Origin: Nitrospirales bacterium
Lineage (GTDB): Bacteria > Nitrospirota > Nitrospiria > Nitrospirales > UBA8639
Assembly (NCBI GenBank): GCA_965203295.1
Contig: CBDBCZ010000019.1
Coordinates: 352,001 to 416,000, forward strand
DNA length: 64,000 bases
Reading direction: 5' to 3'
The notes under the pieces were generated by a model, which worked only from the letters and a program-made list of their open reading frames with translations, searched no databases and was not told the DNA's origin. Below, piece by piece: positions 10,574 to 20,693 of this stretch. Each line of letters opens with the position of its first letter. Positions within the stretch are counted from its first letter, which is position 1. The position numbers and the translations under genes were made by a program.

Positions 10574-11827
10574 ATGGATCTATTCGATATTCTTGCAGTC
10601 TTAATCACGTTGACTGCAGGGTTCAGTTATCTGAATCATCGGTTGATCGGTCTTCCCGTCACCATAGGCGTGATGCTGATTGCTCTGATCCTTTCCCTGT
10701 TCCTTCATCTCCTCAACTTCTTGGGTTTCAACCTCGTTCAGGATGCACAGTCCTGGCTTCAGACGATTGATTTCAACAAGACCCTTCTTCATGGAATGCT
10801 CAGTTTGCTGCTGTTCGCTGGAGCCTTGCATATCAACCTTAATGATTTGGTGGAGCAGAAATGGCCCATTGGATCCATGGCACTAGTAGGAACTCTGTTG
10901 TCGACGTTTCTCATTGGTACCGTGACCTGGTGGATAACAGGTTGGATCGGATCGGATATCCCATTTCTGTATTGCTTAGTCTTTGGAGCTCTCATATCTC
11001 CCACGGATCCGATCGCTGTTCTGGGTATTTTAAAAAATGCCGGAGCCCCTAAAGACCTCGAGATAAAAATTGCTGGGGAGTCGTTGTTTAATGATGGAGT
11101 TGGAGTCGTCGTGTTTCTTGCGCTCTTGGAAATTGCGACAGGAAGTCATGAACCAAGTGCCAAACACATTGGGCTTTTATTCTTGAAGGAGGCGATAGGC
11201 GGGGCTTTATTTGGATTAGGCATTGGGTATTGTGCCTATTATCTCCTGAAAAGCATCAACCAATATCAAGTAGAAGTCTTGGTGACCTTGGCCTTAGTTA
11301 TCGGAGGATATGCTCTGGCTGATGCCCTGCATCTTTCAGGTCCCATCGCCATCGTCATGGCTGGTCTGTTAATGGGGAATCAGGGTCGGTTGTTTGCCAT
11401 GTCTGATGAAACTCGTGAGCACTTGGATGTGTTTTGGGAACTGATGGACGAAATTTTAAATGCCGTGTTGTTTGTGCTAATCGGATTAGAGGTGCTCATC
11501 CTGACCTTTGGTTCTCACTATTTGATTGCAGGATTGGTTTTTATTCCTGTGGTTTTGATGTCTCGTTTGATCGCCATTGGAATCCCTCTTGCTTTGCTGA
11601 ACCGATTCACTCCTGCTTTACCAGGAACCTTGTGGGTGTTAACCTGGGGTGGACTCCGGGGAGGGATTTCCGTCGCCCTCGCTCTTTCCCTTCCTCCTGG
11701 TCCCAATCGGGATTTAATTGTTGCGGTGACGTATATCGTGGTGGTTTTCTCCATTTTGGTCCAGGGCCTCACGATTGAAACGGTGGTCAGGCGAGTTATG
11801 GGGCGGACACCACTTCAAGCACCGTAA
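10574..11827 (+). CDS. CPA1-family Na+/H+ antiporter (NhaP-like)
   Basis: ISPTDPIAV, GESLFNDG, WGGLRG motifs. Confidence 0.92.
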   Translation: MDLFDILAVLITLTAGFSYLNHRLIGLPVTIGVMLIALILSLFLHLLNFLGFNLVQDAQSWLQTIDFNKTLLHGMLSLLLFAGALHINLNDLVEQKWPIGSMALVGTLLSTFLIGTVTWWITGWIGSDIPFLYCLVFGALISPTDPIAVLGILKNAGAPKDLEIKIAGESLFNDGVGVVVFLALLEIATGSHEPSAKHIGLLFLKEAIGGALFGLGIGYCAYYLLKSINQYQVEVLVTLALVIGGYALADALHLSGPIAIVMAGLLMGNQGRLFAMSDETREHLDVFWELMDEILNAVLFVLIGLEVLILTFGSHYLIAGLVFIPVVLMSRLIAIGIPLALLNRFTPALPGTLWVLTWGGLRGGISVALALSLPPGPNRDLIVAVTYIVVVFSILVQGLTIETVVRRVMGRTPLQAP

Positions 11828-11990
11828 CGATTTCTCCTATTTTTCTCAGACAAGTTATGACAAGAATCTATCTGGCATCACAGATAGCGAACAATGAATT
11901 TATCTTCTCAAACCACAGAGTTGAATTCAGGGTGTATAATAAACTATATGGCATTTCAGAAAGGAGGAATTTGTTAACGGATGAGAGGTC

Positions 11991-12395
11991 ATGGGTAAGC
12001 AGCGAAACATTTGTCGTAGAAGCGCTTTAAAGGGCTGGATCACAGGGAGTCTGTCCTTTTTCATCATGATATCGGCAGCAGTGGCGATGCCCGCCCATTC
12101 CCCATTTCGCATTCAAATTGAGACCTGGTCCCCGTACTTTCTTCCAGCTACTGCAGAAGTGAAAGTTGGGAGGTTGGTTCAGTGGGTAAACCCGACTGCA
12201 ACCCATCACACCATTACCCATGATGGGTGTAAGCAAAACGGCCAATGTGCCTTTGACTCCGGATCCATTCCCCCCAATGAAGTATTTGAAATCCCCGACC
12301 TTGCCCCAGGCTGTTATTCTTATCATTGTGTCCTTCATCCCATCATGCGCGGAGTGCTTGTTGTCACGCATTCGCAGGGGTCCTCTGATATTTAA
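11991..12395 (+). CDS. Cupredoxin / plastocyanin-azurin-like copper protein
   Basis: HTITHD…FDSG…YHCVLHPIMRG supplies type-1 Cu ligands His/Cys/His/Met. Confidence 0.85.
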   Translation: MGKQRNICRRSALKGWITGSLSFFIMISAAVAMPAHSPFRIQIETWSPYFLPATAEVKVGRLVQWVNPTATHHTITHDGCKQNGQCAFDSGSIPPNEVFEIPDLAPGCYSYHCVLHPIMRGVLVVTHSQGSSDI

Positions 12396-12637
12396 GGGGC
12401 TGTTGAAAAAGGCCGCCAGCGGCGTTCTCGACCTTCGGGCTCACAAGCTTGGCGCTCTTCGCGCCGTTCGCACTCGGAGTCCTCAACGTACTCACTTGTA
12501 CGCTTCATCCTCCTCGCTGTCTGCGGCCTTGCTGGAGCTGGCTCCGCCGAGCCTCCTTCGCCGAACTTGCTACGGAGGCTGAAAACGGAGGCTGAAAGCG
12601 GCTACGCGCAGGCGAGCCCCATTTTTGAACAGCCCCT
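12395..12637. mobile_element. MITE-like non-autonomous element (243 bp)
   Basis: 16-bp TIRs aggggctgttgaaaaa / tttttgaacagcccct (1 mismatch); GC-rich non-coding interior with a 13-bp tandem duplication acggaggctgaaa. Confidence 0.85.
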
Positions 12638-12939
12638 GCTCTTTCTGTCGCTTTAGGGTTTATGTCAGAGCAGATTGCTATCGAGAAATTGTTGAATTAT
12701 TCAACACCTTCTTTAAAGATTTCTTGGGATAACTTGTTGTTGAGCAGACCCTACCTTCGATTGCCTTTTTATCCTTAAAAAGATCACAAAGTTTTACTTT
12801 CTTTCTATCAATATGACAATGTGAAGGATACCCTCCATTGACTCTTATAAAAACATGGTTATAAATCATAAGATTTTTCCCACAAACAGATGGCGAATTT
12901 CGTCGCCAGGGGAAAATGATTGTCAGGAGAGGAGAATCC

Positions 12940-13896
12940 ATGGGTGCCATGGTTGAAATTGAGCAGTTGAGTAAAGTGTTTAGGTCCATTGTGGCTGTGG
13001 ATAAAGTGTCCTTTAGCGTTCATCAGGGGGAAGTCCTGGGATTCTTAGGGCCAAATGGGGCTGGAAAATCAACAACCATGAAGATGATCACGGGGTTCCT
13101 CACACCCACGAAAGGCACGGTGAAAGTCAATGGGCATGATATTGAAGGACAACCATTGAAGGCCAAACGGGACATTGGATATCTGCCTGAAGGTGCCCCA
13201 GCCTATCAAGATATGACGCCATTAAGCTTTTTGTCCTTTGTCGGTGAAATTCGAGGGTTCCATGGAGAAGATCTCGAGCGTCGAGTGTCCGACACCATTA
13301 AAAAAATGAATCTTGAAAGTGTGCTCGGGCAGCCAATTGAAACTCTGTCTAAGGGATTTAAGCGACGAGTGGGATTAGCACAGGCTATTTTACATGACCC
13401 ATCGGTCCTTGTTCTCGATGAACCCACTGATGGGTTAGATTCAAACCAAAAGCATGAAGTCCGGTCGCTGATTAAGGCCATGGCCAAAGAAAAAGCGATC
13501 ATTCTGTCGACCCATATTTTGGAAGAAGTTCATGCGGTGTGTACAAGGGCCATGATCATTGCCAGCGGAAAGATGATTACTGATGGGACTCCCGAAGAAC
13601 TGGAAGAAAGGTCACGATTCCACAACGCCGTGACCGTCACGGCCAAGGAAGTGACTGCGCCTGGGATGAAACAGGCTATTCAAGCATTACCCGGTGTGAA
13701 ATCTATCGAGGAGATGAGAGAAATTGATGGCATGCTGATGCTCCGGGCTTTTCCTCACAATGGACAATCTATTCTTGCCGAAATCAGCCAATGTGCACGG
13801 GATCGGCAGTGGGAAATCTCCGAGATGCATGTAGACCGTGGTCAATTGGATGAAGTCTTTCGTTCTTTAACGACGCCTACACAGGCGTTGACATAG
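12940..13896 (+). CDS. ABC transporter ATPase (GldA-like)
   Basis: GPNGAGKST Walker A, LSKG signature, VLDEPT Walker B, H-loop STH. Confidence 0.92.
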   Translation: MGAMVEIEQLSKVFRSIVAVDKVSFSVHQGEVLGFLGPNGAGKSTTMKMITGFLTPTKGTVKVNGHDIEGQPLKAKRDIGYLPEGAPAYQDMTPLSFLSFVGEIRGFHGEDLERRVSDTIKKMNLESVLGQPIETLSKGFKRRVGLAQAILHDPSVLVLDEPTDGLDSNQKHEVRSLIKAMAKEKAIILSTHILEEVHAVCTRAMIIASGKMITDGTPEELEERSRFHNAVTVTAKEVTAPGMKQAIQALPGVKSIEEMREIDGMLMLRAFPHNGQSILAEISQCARDRQWEISEMHVDRGQLDEVFRSLTTPTQALT

Positions 13897-14017
13897 ATAA
13901 CGGGCTCGAGTTTTAAACACTTGGGGCTCTAGACCTAAGACTCTTGCAAGAAAGTATAAAAGCTTGAATTTCCATTAACAGACGTTGTTAGATCAAATTG
14001 AGACCTCTCAAGATATG

Positions 14018-14401
14018 GTCATGCCTACAGTTGTCGATGGACATCCAGGATGTTTGGTTCAATCGTTTTTATTTGAGCGGGGTTTCGGCCACGCACGCCG
14101 AGGTCCTTTTGTTTCGGCAAAAGGACCCCAAACCATTCCCGCTCGCGCATGGCCCTGCGGGTCTCCTTCGTCCCAGCCCCGAATCACATGGCTGCGGAAC
14201 TCGCTCCGCTCAAACAGTCCTCGCCGAAAAGTCGATTCGGCACTGAGACTCAGCCACGCGCAAAGCGGAACACACAGATTCGAAAAAGGGGACACATTGT
14301 TTGAAACCGTAGACAATTTTCACCGTTATGCACGCGGCTTTAGCGGGCATCCAGGTTGTTTGGTTAAATCGTCTTTATTTGAGGGGAGTTTCGTCCCGGC
14401 A
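14018..14401. repeat. Direct repeats flanking copy B of the structured element
   Basis: catccagg(a/t)tgtttggtt(c/a)aatcgt(t/c)tttatttgag at 14042-14077 and 14348-14383 (33/36 identical), each preceded by a gtYatgc…catcca REP-like hairpin. Confidence 0.8.
14077..14270. repeat. 194-bp structured dispersed repeat, copy B
   Basis: Homologous to 6693..6886, same orientation. Confidence 0.9.
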
Positions 14402-14514
14402 AAGGGGAACTGTGAACGAGAAACGTAGATCTTTAAACCTTAAAACCAAAACTCCTTTCACCAGATACTGGCTAAAAGATCAAATCCAATTCTTTTTAAA
14501 TAGAGGAAATCATA

Positions 14515-15248
14515 ATGGGGCGAACCCTAATCATTTTTAGGCGAGAATTGGTCGGGTACTTTGCTACGCCAATCGCTGCTGTTTTTATCGTCATTTTTCT
14601 GTTGTTGAGTGGGTCCTTTACGTTTTATCTCGGGAGTTTCTTTGAGCGCGGGCAAGCTGACCTTATCCCGTTTTTTACTTTTCATCCCTGGCTTTATTTA
14701 GTCTTAATTCCGGCTTTAGCGATGCGGTTGTGGGCGGAAGAACGTAGGGGGGGACCATCGAGCTCCTTTTTACACTTCCCATCACCCTGAGTGAAGCGGT
14801 ATTGGGTAAATTCTTAGCAGCATGGGCCTTTACCGCGATTGCCTTGGCCATGACGTTTCCCATATGGATGACGGTGAATATTCTCGGTGATCCTGATAAT
14901 GGGATCATTGGGGCTAGCTATCTAGGAAGCCTCATTATGGCAGGAGGGTTTCTGGCCATTGGTTCTTGCATTTCTGCTCTTACCAAAAACCAAGTTATTG
15001 CCTTTGTCGTCAGCGTGGTCGTGTGCTTGGCTTTTATTCTCAGCGGGTTTCCATTGGTTCTGGACTTTTTTACATCATGGGCTCCGCAATTTCTGATAAT
15101 CCTCATCAGCTCTTTCAGTTTTTTGACCCATTTTCAAGCGATCAGTAAAGGAGTCATCGATCTACGAGACGTCATTTATTTTTTATCGTTAATTGCGTTT
15201 TGGCTTTTTGCTACCGCGATCGTGCTGGAAATGAAAAAAGCTGAATAG
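14515..15248 (+). pseudogene. ABC-2 permease (GldF-like), frameshifted
   Basis: RELVGYFATP…LAMRLWAEERR, then -1 shift in a G-run near 14750, continuing as GKFLAAW…GVIDLRDVIYF in ORF 14802..15248. Confidence 0.85.
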
Positions 15249-15299
15249 GCAGTGTGATGAATAGGACTCTAGACTGCCGCGAATGTGTTGGGCAAGGAC

Positions 15300-17243
15300 A
15301 TGATGAATAAGAACATTTTGACCGGTGCAGGATTAGTTCTCGCAGGGATTCTGTTTTTGGCCGTCAATGTATTCAGTAATGTGGCCCTCAAGTCTGCCCG
15401 TCTCGATCTGACCGAACAGGGTCTGTACACACTCTCGCAGGGGACTCAAAATATCCTGGAAGGTTTGGAGGAGCCCCTGACTCTTCGTTTCTACCTTTCA
15501 CAAAAATTAGTGACCGGTCTGCCAGGCATCAATAGTTACGCGATCCGAGTTCGAGAGATGCTTGAGGAATATGAAAAAACTTCAGGTGGAAGGCTTACGC
15601 TGAAAGTCATCGACCCAGAAACATTTTCAGAGGAAGAAGATCGGGCCGTTGGATATGGTCTCCAAAACGTTCCAGTCGGTAATGGCAACAATTTGTTTTA
15701 CTTCGGCTTAGCTGGAACGAGTTCGACGGATGAGTAAGAAATTATCCCATTTTTACAGCCAGATCGTGAGGAGTTTTTAGAATATGATTTAACCAAGCTG
15801 ATTCACCAACTGGCTCATCCCAAACAAAAGGTAGTCGGGTTGCTGACGACTTTACCATTGGAGGGCAGTCCCACCATGCCCTTTCTCCAGGGAGGAGGAG
15901 GAGACCCCTGGCTGATCCTTGATCATATCCGCCAGCTTCTCACGGTCCGCACCCTCGAGAAGGACGTCAAGGATATCCCAGAAGATGTCGATGTTCTCAT
16001 GATCGTTCATCCAAAAGATTTGAGTGATGAAACCTTACATGCCATTGACCAATATGTCCTCCGGGGTGGGCGAGCGTTGATATTCGTTGATCCTCATTCT
16101 GAAGCCGATCGTGGATCTCCAACTCCGGGGAATCCTATGGGAGGCGGAGGGTCCAAGAATTCGGATCTTGCAAAACTCTTTGAGCCCTGGGGCATTGAGA
16201 TGATCCCGAACAAAGTGGTGGGCGACCTCCCTTTGGCCAAAAAGGTGAATTTCAGAAAACAATCCCGAATGATGGTCGCGGATTATCCGGTGTGGATTGA
16301 CCTGGCTCCCGAACATATGGATCAGGATGATGTTGTCACGGCAAAATTACCAAACTTGACGATGGCAAGCGTGGGAGCTATTCGGAAAAAAGAAGAAGCC
16401 GCAACAGAGCTCGTTCCTCTCATCCAACCTGATGATCAGGCCATGTTGATTGACACGGTTCGACTTCAATTACTTCCGGATGTCGAAGGGCTCCTTCAGT
16501 CCTATCAGCCAGGAAATGAAACCTATACCCTCGCGGCGAGAATTACCGGCAATGTCAACACAGCATTTCCTGAGGGGAGACCACAGAAGGAGGAAGAACA
16601 ATCAAAGGATCAGCCGGAAGAACTAAAAAACGAACAAACTGGCAATGAGACCTCAACTCCCTCCCTGAAGGAATCCAAAGAAGCCATCAACATTATTGTG
16701 GTGGCTGATACGGATCTCCTACAGGACCAATTTTAGGTGCAGGTGCAATCCTTTCTGGGCCAACGGATTGGAATCCCTAGTGCTGCTAACGGAATCTTCG
16801 TGACCAATGCCCTTGATAACCTAACGGGAAGCAATGATCTGATCAGTGTCAGAAACCGTGGGAGCTTTACTCGTCCCTTTACGTTAGTCAAAGCCCTCCA
16901 ACAAGATGCGGAGTTACAATTTAGACAAAAGGAGCAACTCCTACAAGCGCGGTTGCAATCAACCGAGCAAAAGATCAAAGACTTGCAGAGTCAGAAAAAA
17001 GATGAGAGCACCCTTATCCTGAGCGAAGCGCAGCAGGATGAAATCGATCGCTTCCGGCAAGAGCTTCTGTCCACTCGGAAGGAATTACGGAGCGTTCGCC
17101 ATGAGTTACAAAAAAATATTGAGGGACTCGAAGGAATCGTGAAATTTTTTAATATCGGCTTTATTCCTCTCCTGATTGGAGTCGGAGGGGTTTTCATGAG
17201 TGTGTACCGTTTCCGTCAGCGCCAAGGGTCAAGAAAGGCTTAA
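15300..17243 (+). pseudogene. GldG-like ABC auxiliary component with two in-frame stops
   Basis: RLDLTEQGLYTLS, VDP, IIVVADTDLL motifs; ORFs 15285, 15840 and 16737 share one frame; TAA 15735-37 and TAG 16734-36. Confidence 0.85.
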
Positions 17244-17287
17244 CTCCTGCCTATAGCATTTCCATATCAAGACTCGTCAAACTATCC

Positions 17288-18451
17288 ATGAACACCAAAA
17301 CACTCAGCCTGTTAGGAGTCGCGACCTTCGTGTTGGTTGTCGGGGCCTTCGTTCTTATCCAACAACAGGACACGACGAATACGAGCGGCACCCCATTAGT
17401 ATTTCCTAACCTTCAATCTGCTATGAATGATGTGCATGACATGACAGTTGTCACGAGCAATGGAAAAATAACTATACGACCCCACGAGGATTCTTGGAGG
17501 ATACAAGAAAAATCGGGATACTATGCTGATATGGGAAAAGTTCGAAAAACCATCATTGGCCTTGCGGAGCTTCGTATTGTTGAACCGAAGACACAGAATC
17601 CCGATCTTTATGAGAGACTGGGACTCCAAGATGTGGACACTGACGGATCTTCGTCTGTGGGTGTGACGTTCAAGGACAAGAGTGGAAATAATTTAGCTGA
17701 TATCATCGTGGGCAATAAGAGGATTGGGAAGGGGGCTCCGGGCCGGGAAGAAGTCTATATTCGAAAACCTGGTACCCCGCAGACGTGGTTGGCAACTGGT
17801 CAATTTGAAGTTGAAAGAATTTCAGAGGAGTGGTTGGATAAAACAATCCTCAATTTTCCACCCAAAAGAATCAATCGTGTACACATTCTCCATCCCGATA
17901 AAACTGCGGTGACATTACGTAAGGATAATCCGGAAGATACTGATTACAAAATTCTGGGATTGCCTCCGAATACAAAAGTGAAGTCCCAATTTACAGTCAA
18001 TAATATCGTTTCAACATTGAGCAATGTCTCTCTCGACGATGTGGCGCCTGCGGAACAGTCGTCGGTTAAGGAAGACACTGGAGTCAGGGCCGCACTCGAA
18101 ACGATCGATGGATTACGGGCTACAGTGACTCTCGTGAAAAAAGATGGGAAGACCTACGTCACCGTCTCTTCGGGGTTTGATCGGAACATTATTCAAAAGC
18201 TTGATCAAGCTCCTAAAAAAGGCGACAACCAGGAGATATCAAAAGAACAAGGGTTTCAGGACTCATCGCCAAATGCCAAACAAGCGGATGAAAGCGAACC
18301 CAAGACACCAAAAATGAAATCGGAAGAAGATGTTCAAGCGGAAGTAGCCGGCCTCAACCAAAGACTTCAAGGGTGGGTTTTTACCATTCCCGAATTTCGG
18401 GCTGAAAACATCAGGAAAACATTGACAGATCTAATCGAAAAAGAGTCGTAA
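17288..18451 (+). CDS. DUF4340-type protein of GldAFG-like operons
   Basis: N-terminal TM helix; W.IQE..GY.AD…LGL…VYIRK pattern; operon position. Confidence 0.75.
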   Translation: MNTKTLSLLGVATFVLVVGAFVLIQQQDTTNTSGTPLVFPNLQSAMNDVHDMTVVTSNGKITIRPHEDSWRIQEKSGYYADMGKVRKTIIGLAELRIVEPKTQNPDLYERLGLQDVDTDGSSSVGVTFKDKSGNNLADIIVGNKRIGKGAPGREEVYIRKPGTPQTWLATGQFEVERISEEWLDKTILNFPPKRINRVHILHPDKTAVTLRKDNPEDTDYKILGLPPNTKVKSQFTVNNIVSTLSNVSLDDVAPAEQSSVKEDTGVRAALETIDGLRATVTLVKKDGKTYVTVSSGFDRNIIQKLDQAPKKGDNQEISKEQGFQDSSPNAKQADESEPKTPKMKSEEDVQAEVAGLNQRLQGWVFTIPEFRAENIRKTLTDLIEKES

Positions 18452-18459
18452 ACGAATTA

Positions 18460-19122
18460 CTAAGATGGTCCTTCCCATTTGAGGTTTTTAGAGGTAGGGA
18501 GTGCCACCAAAGCATGACAAAGTTCTTCGTACACTTGCATCAGGCGTTGGTCCTCAAGCTTATAGGCGAGGGAAATGAGGATCAACCCGAAGGCCAGAAC
18601 CAACACCCCTAGTACGAATACTCCCAGACCCATCAGCAGTCCTCCTGCAGATCCAAATCCTCCATCCATGGCAAAAGAGACAAGAAAAGCCAATGTGCCC
18701 AGGCTTACAAGACCAAGCCAGATGAGTGCAAGAATGGCCGAGGACCACGGCATGCGTTTGACGAGCTTAAAGGCAAGGGCTTGCTCTGTAGAGCAAACGT
18801 CTATGGTGCCCTTGAGAGGCCACGCTGTTCGAAAACGCATAGCGAATAGCCCATAAAAGGGTCTGATGACAATCACTTGTTGACTGTCAAACCATCGTGC
18901 CATGCCATGGGGCAATTGTAAAAACCCATTTTGGTCGAACCGTTTATTCAAGCCATCTGCCTGCTTGTTTTCCAACCATTCCTCTCGTTGAGAAATTCCG
19001 CACCCATATCGGGCAGAGAGTCCTCGAAGGTTGGTGAATTGATACCAATCCCCGATGAGAAGCATCACGAATAACAAGAGACCAAAGACGATGGCGACGA
19101 TCATCGTATTCCACGATAGCAC
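18460..19122 (-). CDS. Hypothetical membrane protein
   Basis: 220-aa ORF with three hydrophobic segments. Confidence 0.65.
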   Translation of the reverse strand: MLSWNTMIVAIVFGLLLFVMLLIGDWYQFTNLRGLSARYGCGISQREEWLENKQADGLNKRFDQNGFLQLPHGMARWFDSQQVIVIRPFYGLFAMRFRTAWPLKGTIDVCSTEQALAFKLVKRMPWSSAILALIWLGLVSLGTLAFLVSFAMDGGFGSAGGLLMGLGVFVLGVLVLAFGLILISLAYKLEDQRLMQVYEELCHALVALPTSKNLKWEGPS

Positions 19123-19158
19123 AAGGACCAGAATTTCAAAAAGTCCAACACACTTGCG

Positions 19159-19189
19159 TTGACATTTCCTCCACGGCCTATGCTACTAT
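19159..19189 (+). promoter_or_regulatory. Sigma-70 promoter for tRNA-fMet
   Basis: TTGACA 19159-64; extended -10 TGcTACTAT 19181-89, ending 5 nt before the tRNA start. Confidence 0.7.
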
Positions 19190-19194
19190 TGCGT

Positions 19195-19551
19195 CGCGGG
19201 GTGGAGCAGTCTGGTAGCTCGTTGGGCTCAATTTCGTAGGATTCTCTCATTCGCCTATTGCTGTCACATTTAGCAATCAATCCTACATCGGGCTGTACAG
19301 AAGGAAACTTCTGTGCGATCACCTGTCAAATTCGGGGAAACCGGTGGCGCGGTAATCCCGAGCCAAGCTCTGATAGTGGAAAGACTAACAGAGAAGGTGT
19401 AGAGACTTAACGGCAGGCACCCTAACGGCGGGATAGCCGGACCGAGGGTGAAGAGAAAGTCCAGACCACAAACTGGTTCAGCCAGGCAGCGCAAGCTGTC
19501 GTGGTATGCATAACCCAAAGGTCGGGGGTTCAAATCCCTCCCCCGCAACCA
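19195..19551 (+). tRNA. Initiator tRNA-fMet (CAT), intron-containing; exons 19195-19228 and 19509-19551
   Basis: Spliced 77-nt sequence CGCGGGGTGGAGCAGTCTGGTAGCTCGTTGGGCT|CATAACCCAAAGGTCGGGGGTTCAAATCCCTCCCCCGCAACCA; C1:A72 mismatch, GGG/CCC anticodon stem, encoded CCA. Confidence 0.97.
19229..19508 (+). ncRNA. Group I self-splicing intron (IC3-like), 280 nt
   Basis: Follows U33 and ends in omega-G; P AAATTCGGGGAAA 19328-40, Q AATCCCGAGCC 19354-64, R GTGTAGAGACT 19397-407, S AAGAGAAAGTCC 19451-62; P1 with U-G splice pair; P2 GAAA hairpin; P3, P7, P8, P9 pairings. Confidence 0.95.
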
Positions 19552-19569
19552 ATCGAAATCTGTTTGATG

Positions 19570-19609
19570 AAAAAGGCCTTGTCGATGCATTCGGTAAGGT
19601 CTTTTTTTT
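19570..19609 (+). terminator. Intrinsic terminator after tRNA
   Basis: aaaaaggccttgtcga-tgcat-tcggtaaggtc followed by a T-run. Confidence 0.75.
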
Positions 19610-19826
19610 GAAAAAGACTCAATCTTTAGAGTTCGAATTTGGTAGAGTTACCGAAATATGGGTGTGTCCCCAATGGTGGAATGAAACAATAAAGTGCCAG
19701 GGAGTAGGAGGGAGTTTTAAATTCTTGAATCCCCCTCAATGGGGAGAAGAAAAGGGGAAATTGAAGAAAAGGTCCCACGCTTCAGGTCATGTGTGTCGGT
19801 GAGTGAGAGTAAAGACTATGAAATTT

Positions 19827-20693
19827 TCAGCGGGTTGGTGTCGTGGTCGATCGGCGCAAGGAATTGGTTAATCCAAGCAGGGAGAGTGAATAAATCAACC
19901 ACTTAGAAGGATCGAAATTATACCACTTTGGTCCGTTCCTATAGTCGCTTTGGTACATGTGGTGATAGTTGTGATAGCCTTCTCCAAAAGTGACTAAGGA
20001 AACCCACCAACTATCCTGGCTGGAATCACTCGTTCCGTGTGGCTGGCTCCCCCATAGGTGACAGACTGAATTAATACAGAAAGTGGAATTAAGAACGAAA
20101 AACGTCCGTCCTAACCCTGCGAGAAGGAAGCACCCCAAAGCACTGAACCATCCATTATAAAGAAAGCCTACAACAAAGGGGAGCAAAAACCCGGAGAGGA
20201 AAATAGGCACATAATACTTGTTTTGCCACATGACCACAGGATCCTGTTTAAGGCGGGTGGCATACTTCTCAGCCTTATGGGGATCCTTCCAAAAGAGCCA
20301 GCCGCAATGGCTATACCAAAACCCTAGTTTGGCATTATAGGGGTCTTCTTCCAGGTCACATCGCGCATGATGCCGAATATGGTCGGCAGACCATTTCAGT
20401 GCGGAGTTTTCCAACGCCCACCCACCGGCGATTAATAACACTCTCTTCACCCAATCTGGGCAGTCAAAACTTCGATGGGCGCAGAGGCGATGGTACCCCA
20501 CTGTAATTCCCAAACCCGAAATCATGTAAAGAATGGCAAACATGGTCCAGTCCAACCAAGTAAAATCATAATAATAGGCAAAGGTCGGAAGCCCAATAAT
20601 TGCCCCAAGCGTGACGAGGCTAAAGAGAAATGTCGTCATATAGTCAAAGTTTCTGGTGAGTTCGATTGTTTGTTGTTCAGAATGATGAGTCAT
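19827..20693 (-). CDS. Delta-9 acyl-CoA fatty-acid desaturase
   Basis: His boxes GYHRLCAH, DHIRHH, GEGYHNYHH. Confidence 0.93.
   Translation of the reverse strand: MTHHSEQQTIELTRNFDYMTTFLFSLVTLGAIIGLPTFAYYYDFTWLDWTMFAILYMISGLGITVGYHRLCAHRSFDCPDWVKRVLLIAGGWALENSALKWSADHIRHHARCDLEEDPYNAKLGFWYSHCGWLFWKDPHKAEKYATRLKQDPVVMWQNKYYVPIFLSGFLLPFVVGFLYNGWFSALGCFLLAGLGRTFFVLNSTFCINSVCHLWGSQPHGTSDSSQDSWWVSLVTFGEGYHNYHHMYQSDYRNGPKWYNFDPSKWLIYSLSLLGLTNSLRRSTTTPTR

Noticed and set aside
13985..14428. ORFs 13985..14428, 14059..14316 and 6494..6802 that share peptide similarity
   Set aside because: The similarity is just translation of the 194-bp non-coding repeat; no RBS and no consistent frame
12940..18451. 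Gliding-motility system
   Set aside because: GldA/F/G-like ABC modules are widespread outside gliding bacteria, and no T9SS or GldKLMN genes are present
19509..19551. tRNA 3' end as an island integration site
   Set aside because: No duplicated tRNA 3' end and no integrase in the window
19270..19590. 106-aa minus-strand ORF as an intron-encoded homing endonuclease
   Set aside because: It is antisense to the tRNA and intron core and has no LAGLIDADG, HNH, GIY-YIG or PD-(D/E)xK motif
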